From the IMG/VR virus record IMGVR_UViG_3300028800_001035, positions 1 through 64,000 of that record: a stretch of DNA of 64,000 nt; one strand, 5' to 3'. How positions within the stretch are numbered: position 1 is the first letter of the stretch; the number at the start of each line of letters is the position of its first letter. The notes under the pieces were generated by a model that saw only the letters and a list, made by a program, of their open reading frames with translations, was not told where the DNA came from and made no database searches. Source of the DNA: a virus. Positions 36,649-46,683 of the stretch are shown one piece after another. The position numbers and the translations under genes are program-made.

Positions 36649-37809
36649 TTAAAACGGAATCGGATCGTCGGCGGTCGCCGGGTATTTCGGGACGAGAACG
36701 ACCTCGAGCCCTTGCTCCGGCGCGACCGGGACGTTCGCCTCCGACCAGAGCCCGACGTTGATCCGCTTGACGATCGCCTCCGCGACCCGCTCCCAATCGT
36801 CGTAATAGCCGTCCGGCGCGGCGAGGACGGGCTCGTTGTTCGCGTCCTTGACCTCGAGACCCTCGACCCGCCACGGGCGCGGATGGACCTCGGAGAGTCT
36901 CCAAGGACCGCGCGGGTAGGACCGCGACCCGGCGTAGGAGCCGTAGTAGGACCAGGAGGCCTTCGAGAGCCCGCGCGGGCGGCGCTTCATAACGGCGCGG
37001 AAGGCCTCCGACGGCGGGACGTGGCCCGGGAACGTCATCCCGTGCTCCCAGTTGTCTTGCTCGGCGGTCAAGACCGCCTCGACCTGCTCCTCCGTCGCCT
37101 CGGTCAAGACCCAGCGCGCGACGAGGTCTTTTAGGTGATAGGTGTAGGCGATCGAGCGGTTCTCCGTCAGCTCGAGGACCTCGAGGACGTTGTAGGTGAA
37201 GACCGACGGCTTGCCGAGGTCGAGGGCCCGCATCGTCCGGTAGTAGACGTGATCGGATTCGCCGGGAAACGCTTCGAGGAGGACGCCGCTCCGCCGACCG
37301 CGCGGGAGGAAGATCGAGTCGATCTCCTCGGCGGCCTTGAGGAAGTCCGGCTGGTCGATGACGACGTAGGTCTTGCCCGCGTCGGGGCCGCCGTGGAAGA
37401 GGTCCCACTTGTCCGGCGCGTCGATCAGGACGGTCCGCCCGCCCTCGTCGCGGGTATTGCTCTCGAGCTCGCGGAAGGCCATCCAGGGCTGCCAGTTCCG
37501 CCCGTAGGACGTCGTGAACGGCATCTCGTAGGCGGTCGGTCGCTTGCCGCCCTCCTTGAGGACCTTCATCACAATCGTCTCGAGCGGGGAGCCCCGGAAG
37601 GTCGAAACCTTCTTCGTGAAGGTGATCTTGTCCCGGCCGCGCCATACGACCGGCTCCGCGCCGAGCCGGACGAGGACCGCGATCGCGTACTTGAGCCCGG
37701 TTCCGAAGTAGCCGATCGGGTTGGTCGTATTGGGCTTCGCGTGCGCGCCCATCACGGTAAAGGCCCGGAGGTCGATCAAGCCGGGGGTCTCGAAGACGAC
37801 GGCGGTCAT
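36649..37809 (-). CDS. GHKL/HATPase-like protein
   Basis: IGYFGTGLKYA (G2-box-like) and FRELESNTRDE (N-box-like), in permuted order. Confidence 0.65.
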   Translation of the reverse strand: MTAVVFETPGLIDLRAFTVMGAHAKPNTTNPIGYFGTGLKYAIAVLVRLGAEPVVWRGRDKITFTKKVSTFRGSPLETIVMKVLKEGGKRPTAYEMPFTTSYGRNWQPWMAFRELESNTRDEGGRTVLIDAPDKWDLFHGGPDAGKTYVVIDQPDFLKAAEEIDSIFLPRGRRSGVLLEAFPGESDHVYYRTMRALDLGKPSVFTYNVLEVLELTENRSIAYTYHLKDLVARWVLTEATEEQVEAVLTAEQDNWEHGMTFPGHVPPSEAFRAVMKRRPRGLSKASWSYYGSYAGSRSYPRGPWRLSEVHPRPWRVEGLEVKDANNEPVLAAPDGYYDDWERVAEAIVKRINVGLWSEANVPVAPEQGLEVVLVPKYPATADDPIPF

Positions 37810-37978
37810 AGCGCAATCCTTTCGACGAAGGCTTTTATCTGATCGCGGAAAATCGCCGCGAGGACGATCAGGAGTATCGGGGCCCAGAACTCGACGACGA
37901 CCGCACCGAGGACGGCGACCATAGCGGCGACGCCGACGATCCCGAAGGCGGCGATCGCGCCCAAGCCGAGGAGGACCC

Positions 37979-38233
37979 TCACGGCTTTTCCTCCATCCCG
38001 AGGATCAGGAGCGAGATCCCGAGGAGGCCGACCCGGAAGGCGGAGGCCTCGAACTCGTCGCGCGCCATAGCGAGGCGACCGTCGAAGGCCGCGCGCTCGT
38101 CCGCGAGCGCCGCCTTGAGCTCGACCTTCGCCTTGCGGTACCACCAGCACGCCGACCAGACCTTGAAGCGCGCCGCGTTACGGCGACGCTCCTCGGCCTC
38201 GCGGATTTCTTCCATCGTCTTGTCGTCGAGCAT
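37979..38233 (-). CDS. Hypothetical protein
   Basis: Tiles the operon; a further small TM ORF lies at ~37806-37982. Confidence 0.5.
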   Translation of the reverse strand: MLDDKTMEEIREAEERRRNAARFKVWSACWWYRKAKVELKAALADERAAFDGRLAMARDEFEASAFRVGLLGISLLILGMEEKP

Positions 38234-38234
38234 A

Positions 38235-38399
38235 TCATTCCCCCTTCTTCGCGAGGAGCGCCGCTTCTTCGACGCCCTTCCGCCACTTCGCCTCGGAACG
38301 GGTCATCCCGTTCCACTTCATCCGCCCGTCGACGAAGAGCGCCCAGCTATAGGCGTCGTCGCCGCCGTCCTTCCTGATCTTGACCCGGGAGCCGCTCAT
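38235..38399 (-). CDS. Hypothetical protein
   Basis: MSGSRVKIRKDGGDDAYSWALFVDG..., ATGA overlap. Confidence 0.55.
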   Translation of the reverse strand: MSGSRVKIRKDGGDDAYSWALFVDGRMKWNGMTRSEAKWRKGVEEAALLAKKGE

Positions 38400-39961
38400 C
38401 TCCGGTCCTCCCCGGGGATCAAGATCAGCGTCTCCATCGCCCGCGTCTGCGCAACGTAAAGAAGGTTGCACTCCTGCTCGAACGCCGCCTCGGACTTCGC
38501 CGACTTGAGCGGGACCATCTCCGGCCCGTAAATCGCGACGGTGTGCCACTCGCGACCTTTAGCTTTATGCATAGTGCAAAGCGTCAAGACGCCCTCGCCG
38601 GTCCCGTCGGCGAAGAGCTCGTCAATCTTCGCGAGAACGGCGGGGACGGTCCGGTTCGGGACGGGGATCGACTCGATCACGGTCTTGATGCAGTCGATCC
38701 GATCTTGAAGCGCCTCGGTCTTCGCGACGTCGCCCTTCTTCGCGTTGATCTCCCACTCCTTGGCGGCGTAGGCGTCCATCCGCTCGAGGAGGCTCTCGAC
38801 CCCCTTCGGGCGGAGCTTCTTGACGAGGGCCGAGAGGCCCGCGCCGATGTCCTTGCCGAGGACGAAGCACCCCCTGCCCTCCGCGATCAGCTTGAAGGCG
38901 AGGGAGATCAGGGGGGCGGTCTTGCGGCAGAGGATCGCGGAGCTCGCGTCGAGGCGCGGGAGCGCGTCCTTGAGCGGGAGCGTTACGACCTCGCCCTCGA
39001 TCGCGCCGGGGAAGACGTCGAAGTAGGGGACGATCATCCGGGCGAGTTCGCCGACGGCCTTCGGGCAGCGGTAGGAGGTCGTCAAGGGAAGCTCGACGGT
39101 CTTGAACTCGCGGGCGATTACGTCCATCGCGTCGGCGGAAGCGCCCGTGAAGGCGTAGATTGCTTGGCGGGGATCGCCGACCGCGACGAGGCGACCGTCG
39201 CGGCGGAGGACCTTGCGGGCGAACTCCCGGCGGACGGGGTTTGTATCCTGCGCCTCGTCGACGAAGACCCAGCTATAGGGGAAGAGGCGGAGGTTCCAGA
39301 GGAGCGGGAGGTAGAGCTGGTCGTCGAAGTCGATCCAGCGCTCGGTCTCGGCCTTGCGGTTCGAGGCGGCGAGCGCCTTGCGCGCGATCTCGACGGCGCG
39401 GCCCTCGGTCGCCTTCTCGTCGTCGAGCCACATATCCTGCCCGGCGATGATCTCGAACCAGACCTCGGGGACGTCCGCCGCGAGGCCCGGGATGCCGACG
39501 CCGATTCCCTTGCCGTAGCCGACGAGCTTCGCGACGAAGTCGCCATACATCTCGTATTCGTCCTCGGAGAGCCGGTCCTTGAGAATCTTCCGGACCTTCC
39601 CGCCGTCGACCTCGACCTTGACGTCGCGCCCGAACTTCGCGCAGAGCGCCTTGAAGCCGCGCGCGTGGAAGGTCGCGGCCTCGACGTTGCGGAAACGCGA
39701 AACGTCTCCCAGCTCTTCCGCGAGCTGGGAGACTTTCGCGCGCATCTCCTTGGCGATCGGCGTATTGAAGGCGAGGATCAAGACGGTCTCGGAGACCGGG
39801 ATGTAGGGGAGCGCCCGGACGATTGAGGTCGACTTCCCGGAGCCCGCGACGGCCTTGAGGATCGCGTTCCCGCGACCCTTGGCAATCCAATCGAAGAAGG
39901 CCTGCTGAAGTTTCGACGCGGCGAAGGCGCGCGGGGCGCGGACGGCGAGGGCGGCGCTCAT
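38396..39961 (-). CDS. UvrD/Rep-like SF1 helicase
   Basis: AVAGSGKS, VDEAQD, VGDPRQAIY, YRCP, TMHKAKGRE, YVAQTRA. Confidence 0.92.
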   Translation of the reverse strand: MSAALAVRAPRAFAASKLQQAFFDWIAKGRGNAILKAVAGSGKSTSIVRALPYIPVSETVLILAFNTPIAKEMRAKVSQLAEELGDVSRFRNVEAATFHARGFKALCAKFGRDVKVEVDGGKVRKILKDRLSEDEYEMYGDFVAKLVGYGKGIGVGIPGLAADVPEVWFEIIAGQDMWLDDEKATEGRAVEIARKALAASNRKAETERWIDFDDQLYLPLLWNLRLFPYSWVFVDEAQDTNPVRREFARKVLRRDGRLVAVGDPRQAIYAFTGASADAMDVIAREFKTVELPLTTSYRCPKAVGELARMIVPYFDVFPGAIEGEVVTLPLKDALPRLDASSAILCRKTAPLISLAFKLIAEGRGCFVLGKDIGAGLSALVKKLRPKGVESLLERMDAYAAKEWEINAKKGDVAKTEALQDRIDCIKTVIESIPVPNRTVPAVLAKIDELFADGTGEGVLTLCTMHKAKGREWHTVAIYGPEMVPLKSAKSEAAFEQECNLLYVAQTRAMETLILIPGEDRR

Positions 39962-40578
39962 TTCGCACCGCCTTTCGCGAAGGCGTCGCGGTCTTGCGAC
40001 GCGACGAAGGCTTCGATCGCCGCGCGCTTCGACGGGTCGGAGAGCTCGCGTTCGTCGTACTGCTTGACGGAATCGAGAACCTTGCGATCGACGGCGTCGA
40101 GGAGCTCGGCGGCGCGGAGGCCGACGTTCTTGTTGCGCATCGCATCGAGGACGACCGCGTAGAACGCGTCGGCGGCGTCGCCGACGTAGTAGCGGCGGGA
40201 CTTGGCAATTTGCTGGTCGCGCTCGATCAAGAGCGCGCGGCCCCAACCCTCGCGATGCTTGCTGGCCTCGTCGGCGGTCGGAATCCGCCCCGAGAGGAGG
40301 AGCCCCTCCGTGATCGCGGCGAAGTCGTCCTGCTTGTCGGCCTTGGCGAAGAGCGTCCGGTCGACCCAGGAACCGTCGGCGGGCGTCAACGCGCGGACGA
40401 GGACGGGCTCGTGGTTGACGTCGAAGAGCTCGTAGCCCTTGCCGCGATAGTTGCGCATCCAAACGGCGCGGCGCTCGCCGTCGACGATCACGTCGAAGTC
40501 GTTGATCAGGTTGCGGGGGTTCGTCTCCCCGACGTTGGCGGGGCAGTCGCGGATCACGCGCTTGAAGGTGAAGTTCAT
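39958..40578 (-). CDS. Hypothetical early protein
   Basis: AGGAG RBS before MNFTFKRV; downstream of a promoter copy. Confidence 0.65.
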   Translation of the reverse strand: MNFTFKRVIRDCPANVGETNPRNLINDFDVIVDGERRAVWMRNYRGKGYELFDVNHEPVLVRALTPADGSWVDRTLFAKADKQDDFAAITEGLLLSGRIPTADEASKHREGWGRALLIERDQQIAKSRRYYVGDAADAFYAVVLDAMRNKNVGLRAAELLDAVDRKVLDSVKQYDERELSDPSKRAAIEAFVASQDRDAFAKGGAK

Positions 40579-40636
40579 TTCTATTCTCCTTGGCCGCCCT
40601 CCCCGAAGTCGATCGGGGAATCGGGTCGACGCCGTC

Positions 40637-40667
40637 ATCCTAGCCCGGAACCCGGGGAAAAGTAAAG
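40637..40667 (-). promoter_or_regulatory. Early sigma70-like promoter (copy 1)
   Basis: CTTTACTTTTCCCCG; TTTACT-18-TAGGAT. Confidence 0.7.
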
Positions 40668-41072
40668 TTAGGGCTTCGGCCAAGAATTAACCAATTCGAC
40701 GAGGCGCTCGGCGAGATCGGCGGGGACGTTCGCCGGGTCGGAAAGCGCCTTGTAGAGCGTCCGGCAATTCGAGACGTGCCGGTGCTTGGCGACCCGGACC
40801 TTCTGCTCGGCCTCGATCGCCGGGGTCCAAGGCCGAACGATCGTCCCGGAGAAGCTCCCGCCGGTCGAATGCCCGCGATTCCCGTGAAGCCGGTACTGCT
40901 GCGCCTCGACGGCCTTCGGCTCCTTGGCCGGGGCGAGCTTGACGTTGCCATTCTTGAGGATGACCGCGACGACCATCCGCCGGTAGGGCTCGTCGTTGCC
41001 GCCCCGCTCGACGGCGACGGGAGCGCCGAGGACGAAGGGATTCGGGCCGGGGTCGAATTTGGTAGCTTTCAT
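40668..41072 (-). CDS. Hypothetical protein
   Basis: GGAGA RBS before MKATKFDP. Confidence 0.6.
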   Translation of the reverse strand: MKATKFDPGPNPFVLGAPVAVERGGNDEPYRRMVVAVILKNGNVKLAPAKEPKAVEAQQYRLHGNRGHSTGGSFSGTIVRPWTPAIEAEQKVRVAKHRHVSNCRTLYKALSDPANVPADLAERLVELVNSWPKP

Positions 41073-41353
41073 CTCTCGTCTCCCGGGAAGTTGACGCGGT
41101 CGCAATACGGGTCGACCTTCGCCCGCCGCCAAAGGGCGAGCGGAACCGGGTCGTGCCCGTCGTTCTGCATATCCCAATCCGGGGCGAGGGCGAGGTCGGC
41201 GTAGTTGACCTCGTCGCCTTCCATCCAAGCGAGGGCGACGTAGCCTCCGTCGCCCCGGAACTTGGCGTCGAAGAGGTCTTCCCAGGCGATCGAGTGCCCG
41301 TAGGCGTCCCAGGCGGCGGCGAGCGCCGGGTTCTTCTTGCGGCCGGGTTTCAC
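41069..41353 (-). CDS. Hypothetical protein
   Basis: GTG start overlapping the upstream stop. Confidence 0.55.
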   Translation of the reverse strand: MKPGRKKNPALAAAWDAYGHSIAWEDLFDAKFRGDGGYVALAWMEGDEVNYADLALAPDWDMQNDGHDPVPLALWRRAKVDPYCDRVNFPGDER

Positions 41354-41679
41354 AGCGGCATCTCCTTCGCGTGGTCGAAGATCGCCGCGACCTCGTACTT
41401 CGTCCGGCCCTCCTCGTCGTTGTAGCGGGCGAGGCTTTCCCCGAACCCGAGCCCGACGAGGGCGCGCTTGAGGGCGTCCCCGCACGGCGCGTCCGTCAGA
41501 ACTTTCACGCCCGTCGCGCGGAAGGTCGCGCCGACTATGCAGAAGGATACGGCCTCTTTCCGCTCGACCCTCGTCGGCATACCCGAAGCATCCCGGGCGA
41601 AAACTCCCTGACACCACCCCGCGAGGACGAGGGCCTTCGCGCGATCGAGCGCGGCGTTGCGGGCTTCGAGGGTCGTCAT
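41350..41679 (-). CDS. DUF6197-like hypothetical protein
   Basis: GWCQG...FCIVGA...YND..GRT..EV pattern. Confidence 0.55.
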   Translation of the reverse strand: MTTLEARNAALDRAKALVLAGWCQGVFARDASGMPTRVERKEAVSFCIVGATFRATGVKVLTDAPCGDALKRALVGLGFGESLARYNDEEGRTKYEVAAIFDHAKEMPL

Positions 41680-41879
41680 ATCGTCACTCCTTGTTCCTTG
41701 AAAACCGCGTGCCCGAGCCACGGCGCGATCCGGAGCTCGGTCCCGCTCCATTCGGATTGCGACTTCGGGACGTAGACGGTCACCTGGTCGCCGGAGTCCT
41801 TCGCGACGCGGAAGGCCCAGGCGCGCTCGGTCTCGCGGAAGACGTCGGAGCGGCGAAGGCGGGTCGGGCGGGTTTTCAT
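41676..41879 (-). CDS. Hypothetical protein
   Basis: RETERAW....VYVPKSQ...IAPWL. Confidence 0.55.
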   Translation of the reverse strand: MKTRPTRLRRSDVFRETERAWAFRVAKDSGDQVTVYVPKSQSEWSGTELRIAPWLGHAVFKEQGVTI

Positions 41880-42619
41880 TTCGCGCCGTCCTTGAGGAGC
41901 CGCGTCGGCCATTGCGGGAAGTATTTCCCGAGGACCGAGACATTCTCGATCTGCTTCGTCTTCCAGCGCTCGACCGCCGCGCCCTTGCGGACGGTCAAGA
42001 TCGAGTGCGACCAGACGTGGTCGCCGTCGAGCTCGGCGGCGTCGCACGCGCCGATCTTGGCGACGAGCTTGAGGATGAAGAGGTCGTAGTTGATCGCGGC
42101 GTCCTCCTTGGCGTGCTGGACGAACCGCGCGACGAGGGTCGGCTCCCAAGCGTACTCGCCCTTCTCGCCCATCCGTCGCGCGCCCTTGAGGTCGCGGACG
42201 AACCGATGATATTTCGCGTACTTGTCCTTCGCGAGGTTGTAGCTGATGGTCCCGTATTGAAGGCCGCTCGCGCGGTCCGGATAGGGCGCGAAGCCGTCGA
42301 CGTCGAAGCCGACCGCCTCGAGCTCGACCTTGACCTTGGCGGCGTAGGCGATCGCCCACTTCTCGGCGGCGGCGACGGAGGCGGCCTTGAGCGGGTGGAC
42401 GGCGCGACCGACCGGCTCGCGGCTCGCAATCGTCGCGGCGATCGTCTCGGCGGGAATCTCGGCGGCGTAGGCCGCGTCGATCTCGTCGTTGAGCTCGCGG
42501 AGCCGGTAGACGTGACCGAGGAGCGTCGAGGTCTTCTTGAAATAGGCGGCGCGCTTGGCGGCGGCGACGCGGGCGGCCTTCTCGGATTTTTTGGTCACGA
42601 CGTCTTCCCCGCTTCCCAA
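41876..42619 (-). CDS. Hypothetical protein
   Basis: Long ORF with typical codon usage; start may be GTG at 42598. Confidence 0.6.
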   Translation of the reverse strand: MGSGEDVVTKKSEKAARVAAAKRAAYFKKTSTLLGHVYRLRELNDEIDAAYAAEIPAETIAATIASREPVGRAVHPLKAASVAAAEKWAIAYAAKVKVELEAVGFDVDGFAPYPDRASGLQYGTISYNLAKDKYAKYHRFVRDLKGARRMGEKGEYAWEPTLVARFVQHAKEDAAINYDLFILKLVAKIGACDAAELDGDHVWSHSILTVRKGAAVERWKTKQIENVSVLGKYFPQWPTRLLKDGAK

Positions 42620-42807
42620 ATCGCGCCACCCTTGATCCTGTCGAGGAGTATCTCGGCCTCGGCCTGATCGACGACGCGGACCGAGTCGAAACTCTCGCAG
42701 AGGTCGCGGCCCGCGCAGAGCGCGTCGTTACGGAAGGCGAAGCGGTCGTAGGTCGACCAGTCGCCGGTCTCGTCGATCACTTCGACGGTATATCGTTTGT
42801 CGGTCAC
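42595..42807 (-). CDS. Hypothetical protein
   Basis: GTG start (MTDKRYTVEV). Confidence 0.5.
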   Translation of the reverse strand: MTDKRYTVEVIDETGDWSTYDRFAFRNDALCAGRDLCESFDSVRVVDQAEAEILLDRIKGGAIWEAGKTS

Positions 42808-42974
42808 TTCACACCGCCCTTCGTCGCGGCGATCGCGCAAAGGGCGTTGACCTTCTTGTAGAGCGCGGCGAGCGGGCTGGCGTCAAAAGCGCCCTCGCGA
42901 CCGTCGTCGTCCATCTCCATCGCCTTTTCGACGAGCAGCGCGCGGATTTGTTCTAGTTCTTGATGGGAAAACAT
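42804..42974 (-). CDS. Hypothetical protein
   Basis: ATAACCGGAGACGA leader before MFSHQEL. Confidence 0.55.
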   Translation of the reverse strand: MFSHQELEQIRALLVEKAMEMDDDGREGAFDASPLAALYKKVNALCAIAATKGGVK

Positions 42975-43000
42975 TTTGTCGTCTCCGGTTATCTCGGCCC

Positions 43001-43032
43001 CCATAAGGCCCGATTCCCGGGGAAAAGTAAAG
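43001..43032 (-). promoter_or_regulatory. Early promoter (copy 2)
   Basis: Identical 15-mer CTTTACTTTTCCCCG; -10 element less clear. Confidence 0.6.
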
Positions 43033-43037
43033 CGGGT

Positions 43038-43394
43038 TCATCGCCCGAAGCGGAACCCCCGCTTTTCCCAAAACGAGACGAGCCGGGGGTCGGCGGCGGC
43101 CTCCCAAGCGTGGACCGTCACCTTCGAGACCGACCGGGCCTCGGCGACGGCTTCGAGGGTCAAGCCGGACCGGCGGCGGGCGAGGGCGAGGAGGAGCTCC
43201 GGCGACGCCGTCTGAACGCCGAACTTCGGCGAAACGGGCGAGGGCCGCCGGTCCTTCTCAATCTCGATCAAGACGTTCTCGGTCACACCGAGCCGCGCCG
43301 CCATCTCGACCTGGGTCAGCTCGAGGACCTTCCGAACGAGCCAGGCGGTCTCCCCCGGGGTCCTTTTGGTCAAATCCTTGTTATTTTGTTTCAA
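43038..43394 (-). CDS. Tandem XRE-type HTH regulator
   Basis: ELTQVEMAARLGVTENVLIEIE and GLTLEAVAEARSVSKVTVHAWE. Confidence 0.8.
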   Translation of the reverse strand: MKQNNKDLTKRTPGETAWLVRKVLELTQVEMAARLGVTENVLIEIEKDRRPSPVSPKFGVQTASPELLLALARRRSGLTLEAVAEARSVSKVTVHAWEAAADPRLVSFWEKRGFRFGR

Positions 43395-43421
43395 TTCGCT
43401 CTCCGTCGATTTTGAGGGGGT

Positions 43422-43928
43422 CTACGCGGCCTCGGGCGGCCCGGGGTCCGATCCTACCGGCCCGACCCGCCGAGCCGGTTCTCCGCCGCCCGCTCGAGGC
43501 CCCGTCAAGGCCCGGAGGACCCTCCCGGTCGGGAAATTGCCCTTCCCGAAGGCCCTCGCGACGAAGAAGGCGTCTCCGGCCCGGACGGCGTCCTCGAAGA
43601 CCCCCCTGATCCCGGCGGGCTCGAAGAGGAAGTGCCAGGGGGGCGCTTTGAGGAGGAGGAAGGCCCGCCCCCCGGCGGCGGTCCAATCCTCGGCGAAGGC
43701 GACTTGCTCGAGCGTCAAGGTCTCGACGTGAAGCCGCGTCGCATCCCGCTTCGGGAAGCCGTCGATCGACTTGAGCTCGATCCAGCCGGTCGCGGCGTTC
43801 CCGTTCGGGGCGCGGAGGGCGTAGGCGACGTCGGGAACGCCGAGCGCGGTCGAGGTCTCGATCCGGACGAGCTTCCCGAACGGGGAGAGGTTGTCGCGGA
43901 CGGTCGACCAGTAGGCGTCTTCCCTCAC
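43422..43928 (-). CDS. PD-(D/E)xK nuclease (VRR-NUC/Holliday junction resolvase-like)
   Basis: RIET...GVPD...WIELK...EQVAF. Confidence 0.75.
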   Translation of the reverse strand: MREDAYWSTVRDNLSPFGKLVRIETSTALGVPDVAYALRAPNGNAATGWIELKSIDGFPKRDATRLHVETLTLEQVAFAEDWTAAGGRAFLLLKAPPWHFLFEPAGIRGVFEDAVRAGDAFFVARAFGKGNFPTGRVLRALTGPRAGGGEPARRVGPVGSDPGPPEAA

Positions 43929-44320
43929 GCCCGACCCTCCGCCCGCTTGGCGAACTTCTCGAGGCCCTCGAACTGTGCCCGCGAGAGCCGCCCGTTCCGG
44001 TCCCATTGATCCTTGATGCTCGCGATGAAGTCGTTTGCCTCTCCGCGCGGGTCCTTGCTCAAGACGGTCTCGAACATATCGTCGACGACCTTTGCGAAGG
44101 CAGCCTTCCGCACCGCCTCGGCGGACGGCTCCGTCTTCGCGTCGCGCGGCTCGATCTCGACCTCGACCTTGATAACGCGGTCGAGGACGCGATCCCAGGT
44201 CGTGTCCGACTTGCGGATGATCTCGTTCGCCGAGTTGATCGCGGTTAGCTTCTCCTGGTCCGCGCCGGAGAGCGTCATATTCATTAGTTTTTTGAGTCGG
44301 CGAAAATCCTCGAGCTTCAA
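43925..44320 (-). CDS. Hypothetical protein
   Basis: TTG start overlapping the exonuclease stop. Confidence 0.55.
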   Translation of the reverse strand: MKLEDFRRLKKLMNMTLSGADQEKLTAINSANEIIRKSDTTWDRVLDRVIKVEVEIEPRDAKTEPSAEAVRKAAFAKVVDDMFETVLSKDPRGEANDFIASIKDQWDRNGRLSRAQFEGLEKFAKRAEGRA

Positions 44321-44985
44321 AACAGCACCTCTTGTTTTTGCATATCTTCGCGGAGCGCAGCGACCGCGCCGTCGAGGACGGTCCGCCCTTCGTTGCGCCG
44401 CTTGATCTCGAAGTAGACCTCCGCCGCCGCGCGGCAATCGGCGAGCGCGCCGTGAGCGCCGGGATAGTCGCGCCCGAAGAAGAAGCGGTACGCCTCGGTC
44501 AGCTTCGGGGTCTTGAATTGGTCCGCCCGGCCCCAGCGGATCATCTGTTCGGTCGCGGGAAGGCGACAATGCGGCGACGCGAGCTCGGTCGTGTCGATCA
44601 CCTCGCCCGGCCCGGGGAGCGTGACGGGCTTGCCGTTGCGCGCGATCGCTTGCCGCATTATCGCGAGGTCGAACTTCGGATTGTGCGCGATGATCGCGTC
44701 GGCGCGAGAACGGAGGTGGACGTAGGCCGGGACGACGAGGGAGAGCGGGACGCCAAACTCCTCGGCGACCGCCGTCGTTATACCGTGAACGCGCACGGCG
44801 GAGTCGGGGATAACGTAGCGGCCTTCGGGGCGGACGATCAACTCGAGCGTCGCGAACTCCGCGCCGTTGTCTCCGTCGACGAGGAGGCAGCCGAGCTGGA
44901 CGAGCGGCGGCTGCGCCGGGTGATCGTCGGCGAGGCGGTCGCTCGGGATGCCGCAGGTCTCGGTGTCGAGGAAGAGGAGTTTCAA
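44317..44985 (-). CDS. DEDDh 3'-5' exonuclease (DnaQ-like)
   Basis: LDTETCG, AHNPKFD, AHGALADC. Confidence 0.9.
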   Translation of the reverse strand: MKLLFLDTETCGIPSDRLADDHPAQPPLVQLGCLLVDGDNGAEFATLELIVRPEGRYVIPDSAVRVHGITTAVAEEFGVPLSLVVPAYVHLRSRADAIIAHNPKFDLAIMRQAIARNGKPVTLPGPGEVIDTTELASPHCRLPATEQMIRWGRADQFKTPKLTEAYRFFFGRDYPGAHGALADCRAAAEVYFEIKRRNEGRTVLDGAVAALREDMQKQEVLF

Positions 44986-44995
44986 GAGAGGCCCC

Positions 44996-46683
44996 TTATT
45001 TCAGTACCCGTAGAAATTCCAAAACGGCGTCCGCCGTTCTAGTCGCTATAACCATCTGCTGCGGATCGCCATCTGGGTGATTTTTCGTCGGCAAAAATCG
45101 CCTATCCTGCGCTAACATAACAATCTCACCACAGATCGGAGTCAGGTTTATTCGTTTCCGAAAACACCGCATAAGGTCCCTCAATCGTAAGTTCGGAAAG
45201 CGGCGTGGAGCGCAATTAGCGCAACCACCGCAATTGCAACCCATTGCCATTGATCTGTAGTCATAACGTCGTTCCCTTCTAAATCTTAGTCAGGCCATTG
45301 GGATAAGCCTTGAACCATTCTCGGTCATACGAGCCCCGGTAACCGTCGAATTGCACATCGACCGTATCTCCGACACGATCAACGACGCCCTCCTTGCCAT
45401 TCATGTGTCGCACCCTATCGCCGTCAGCGAACTGAAATTCAAAAAACGCCTTGCCGCAGGTCGGACAATGTTTGACGATTTGATATGACATCGAACGTCC
45501 CTATTCTGTTGGTGGTGAAGAAGGCGGCGGGGGTGGGGGAACAGGATCGAACTGCTTTCCAGGGTCCGCCAGTAGCGCGAAAATCTCGCTCGCTGTCTTT
45601 CCTTGCGGGTAAACCATCTGGAAGTCGCCCTTTTCCAAATCTTGGAAATAGAGTCCGACCGTGAACCTAGCGCCTAAGTCATACGGAACGCGCGGCTGGT
45701 TATCAGCCGGATCGTCCGCAATGTATTCCCACCAATCTGGTCTCATAGCCGCCCCCTATTCTTCGTAATTGCCAGTGATAAGAGCAGTCAACGCTACGCA
45801 ACCCATTCCGAGCGGCCCAATGAAGCCAAGGTAGAAAAGCCAATCGCTCATAACGTCCCCTTCCTGTTAGTGGTTGATCTGGCAATCAATGCGCCCGCAA
45901 TCCGGACATTCATTCGTGTCCGCCGCCGTGATGCGCCTGCACGACGGGCAGAGAATGCGATGTTTGCTCTCGGCCATGAACGACCGCTCGCAGTTGGCAC
46001 ACCGGCATTCGTATTGCGGCGTTTCTGGTTCCATAGCCGTCCCCATTAAACTTTCTTGTTAAGGGCTTGCCTGCCCGCTTCGGTCACAACGTAGATGGTG
46101 TCCCGCCCGTTATTGATTGTGCGAGCGGCGCGCATGAACCCAAGCTGCACCAGGCTGTCGATGGTCGATTGATCGGCATGACAACCGGCAGTCTCGGCGC
46201 AGAAATAATTGCGGTAACTTTCCGTTGAGCGGTCTAGCCCCAACGAGTGCCGTATAATGTCTTTCTCAGGTTCGCGCAGCACGCCCATCCTTGGTCCCTA
46301 TTCCGCTGAGGTTGAAGTGTCCGGCACCGGGTCGCGGTAACCGTTTGCGAGTAAATTGCGGCGGCGCTCCGCTTCTTGCTTCGGGTCAAAGTCTATGGTG
46401 ATGACTTTGGTCCCAACTCTTGCGGGAGGAATGCTCTGATCGGTGCGAATTTTCATAACGTCGCCTCCCCTGCTGCTTCGAGTGCTTTGCGGATGCGATA
46501 TTGCGTCTCCGCGAAATTCGACTTGAACCATTCTATGGTCGGCCCTTCCGGCGCGTGGTGTGTCAGCGCCCCGGCAATGACGTAGCGCAGGGTCATCACC
46601 TTCTGCCGCAGACGCGTATTCTCGTTCAACACTTCTGCCAGGGCATCGTGTGCGTCCATCGTCGGTCCCCTTTCTACAAACAA
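44996..46683 (-). other. Lower-GC array of about 9 small ORFs (accessory region)
   Basis: ORFs at 44996-45250, 45279-45491, 45501-45746, 45756-45851, 45867-46034 (three CxxC pairs), 46046-46288, 46298-46457, 46453-46659; codon usage differs from the core. Confidence 0.65.
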
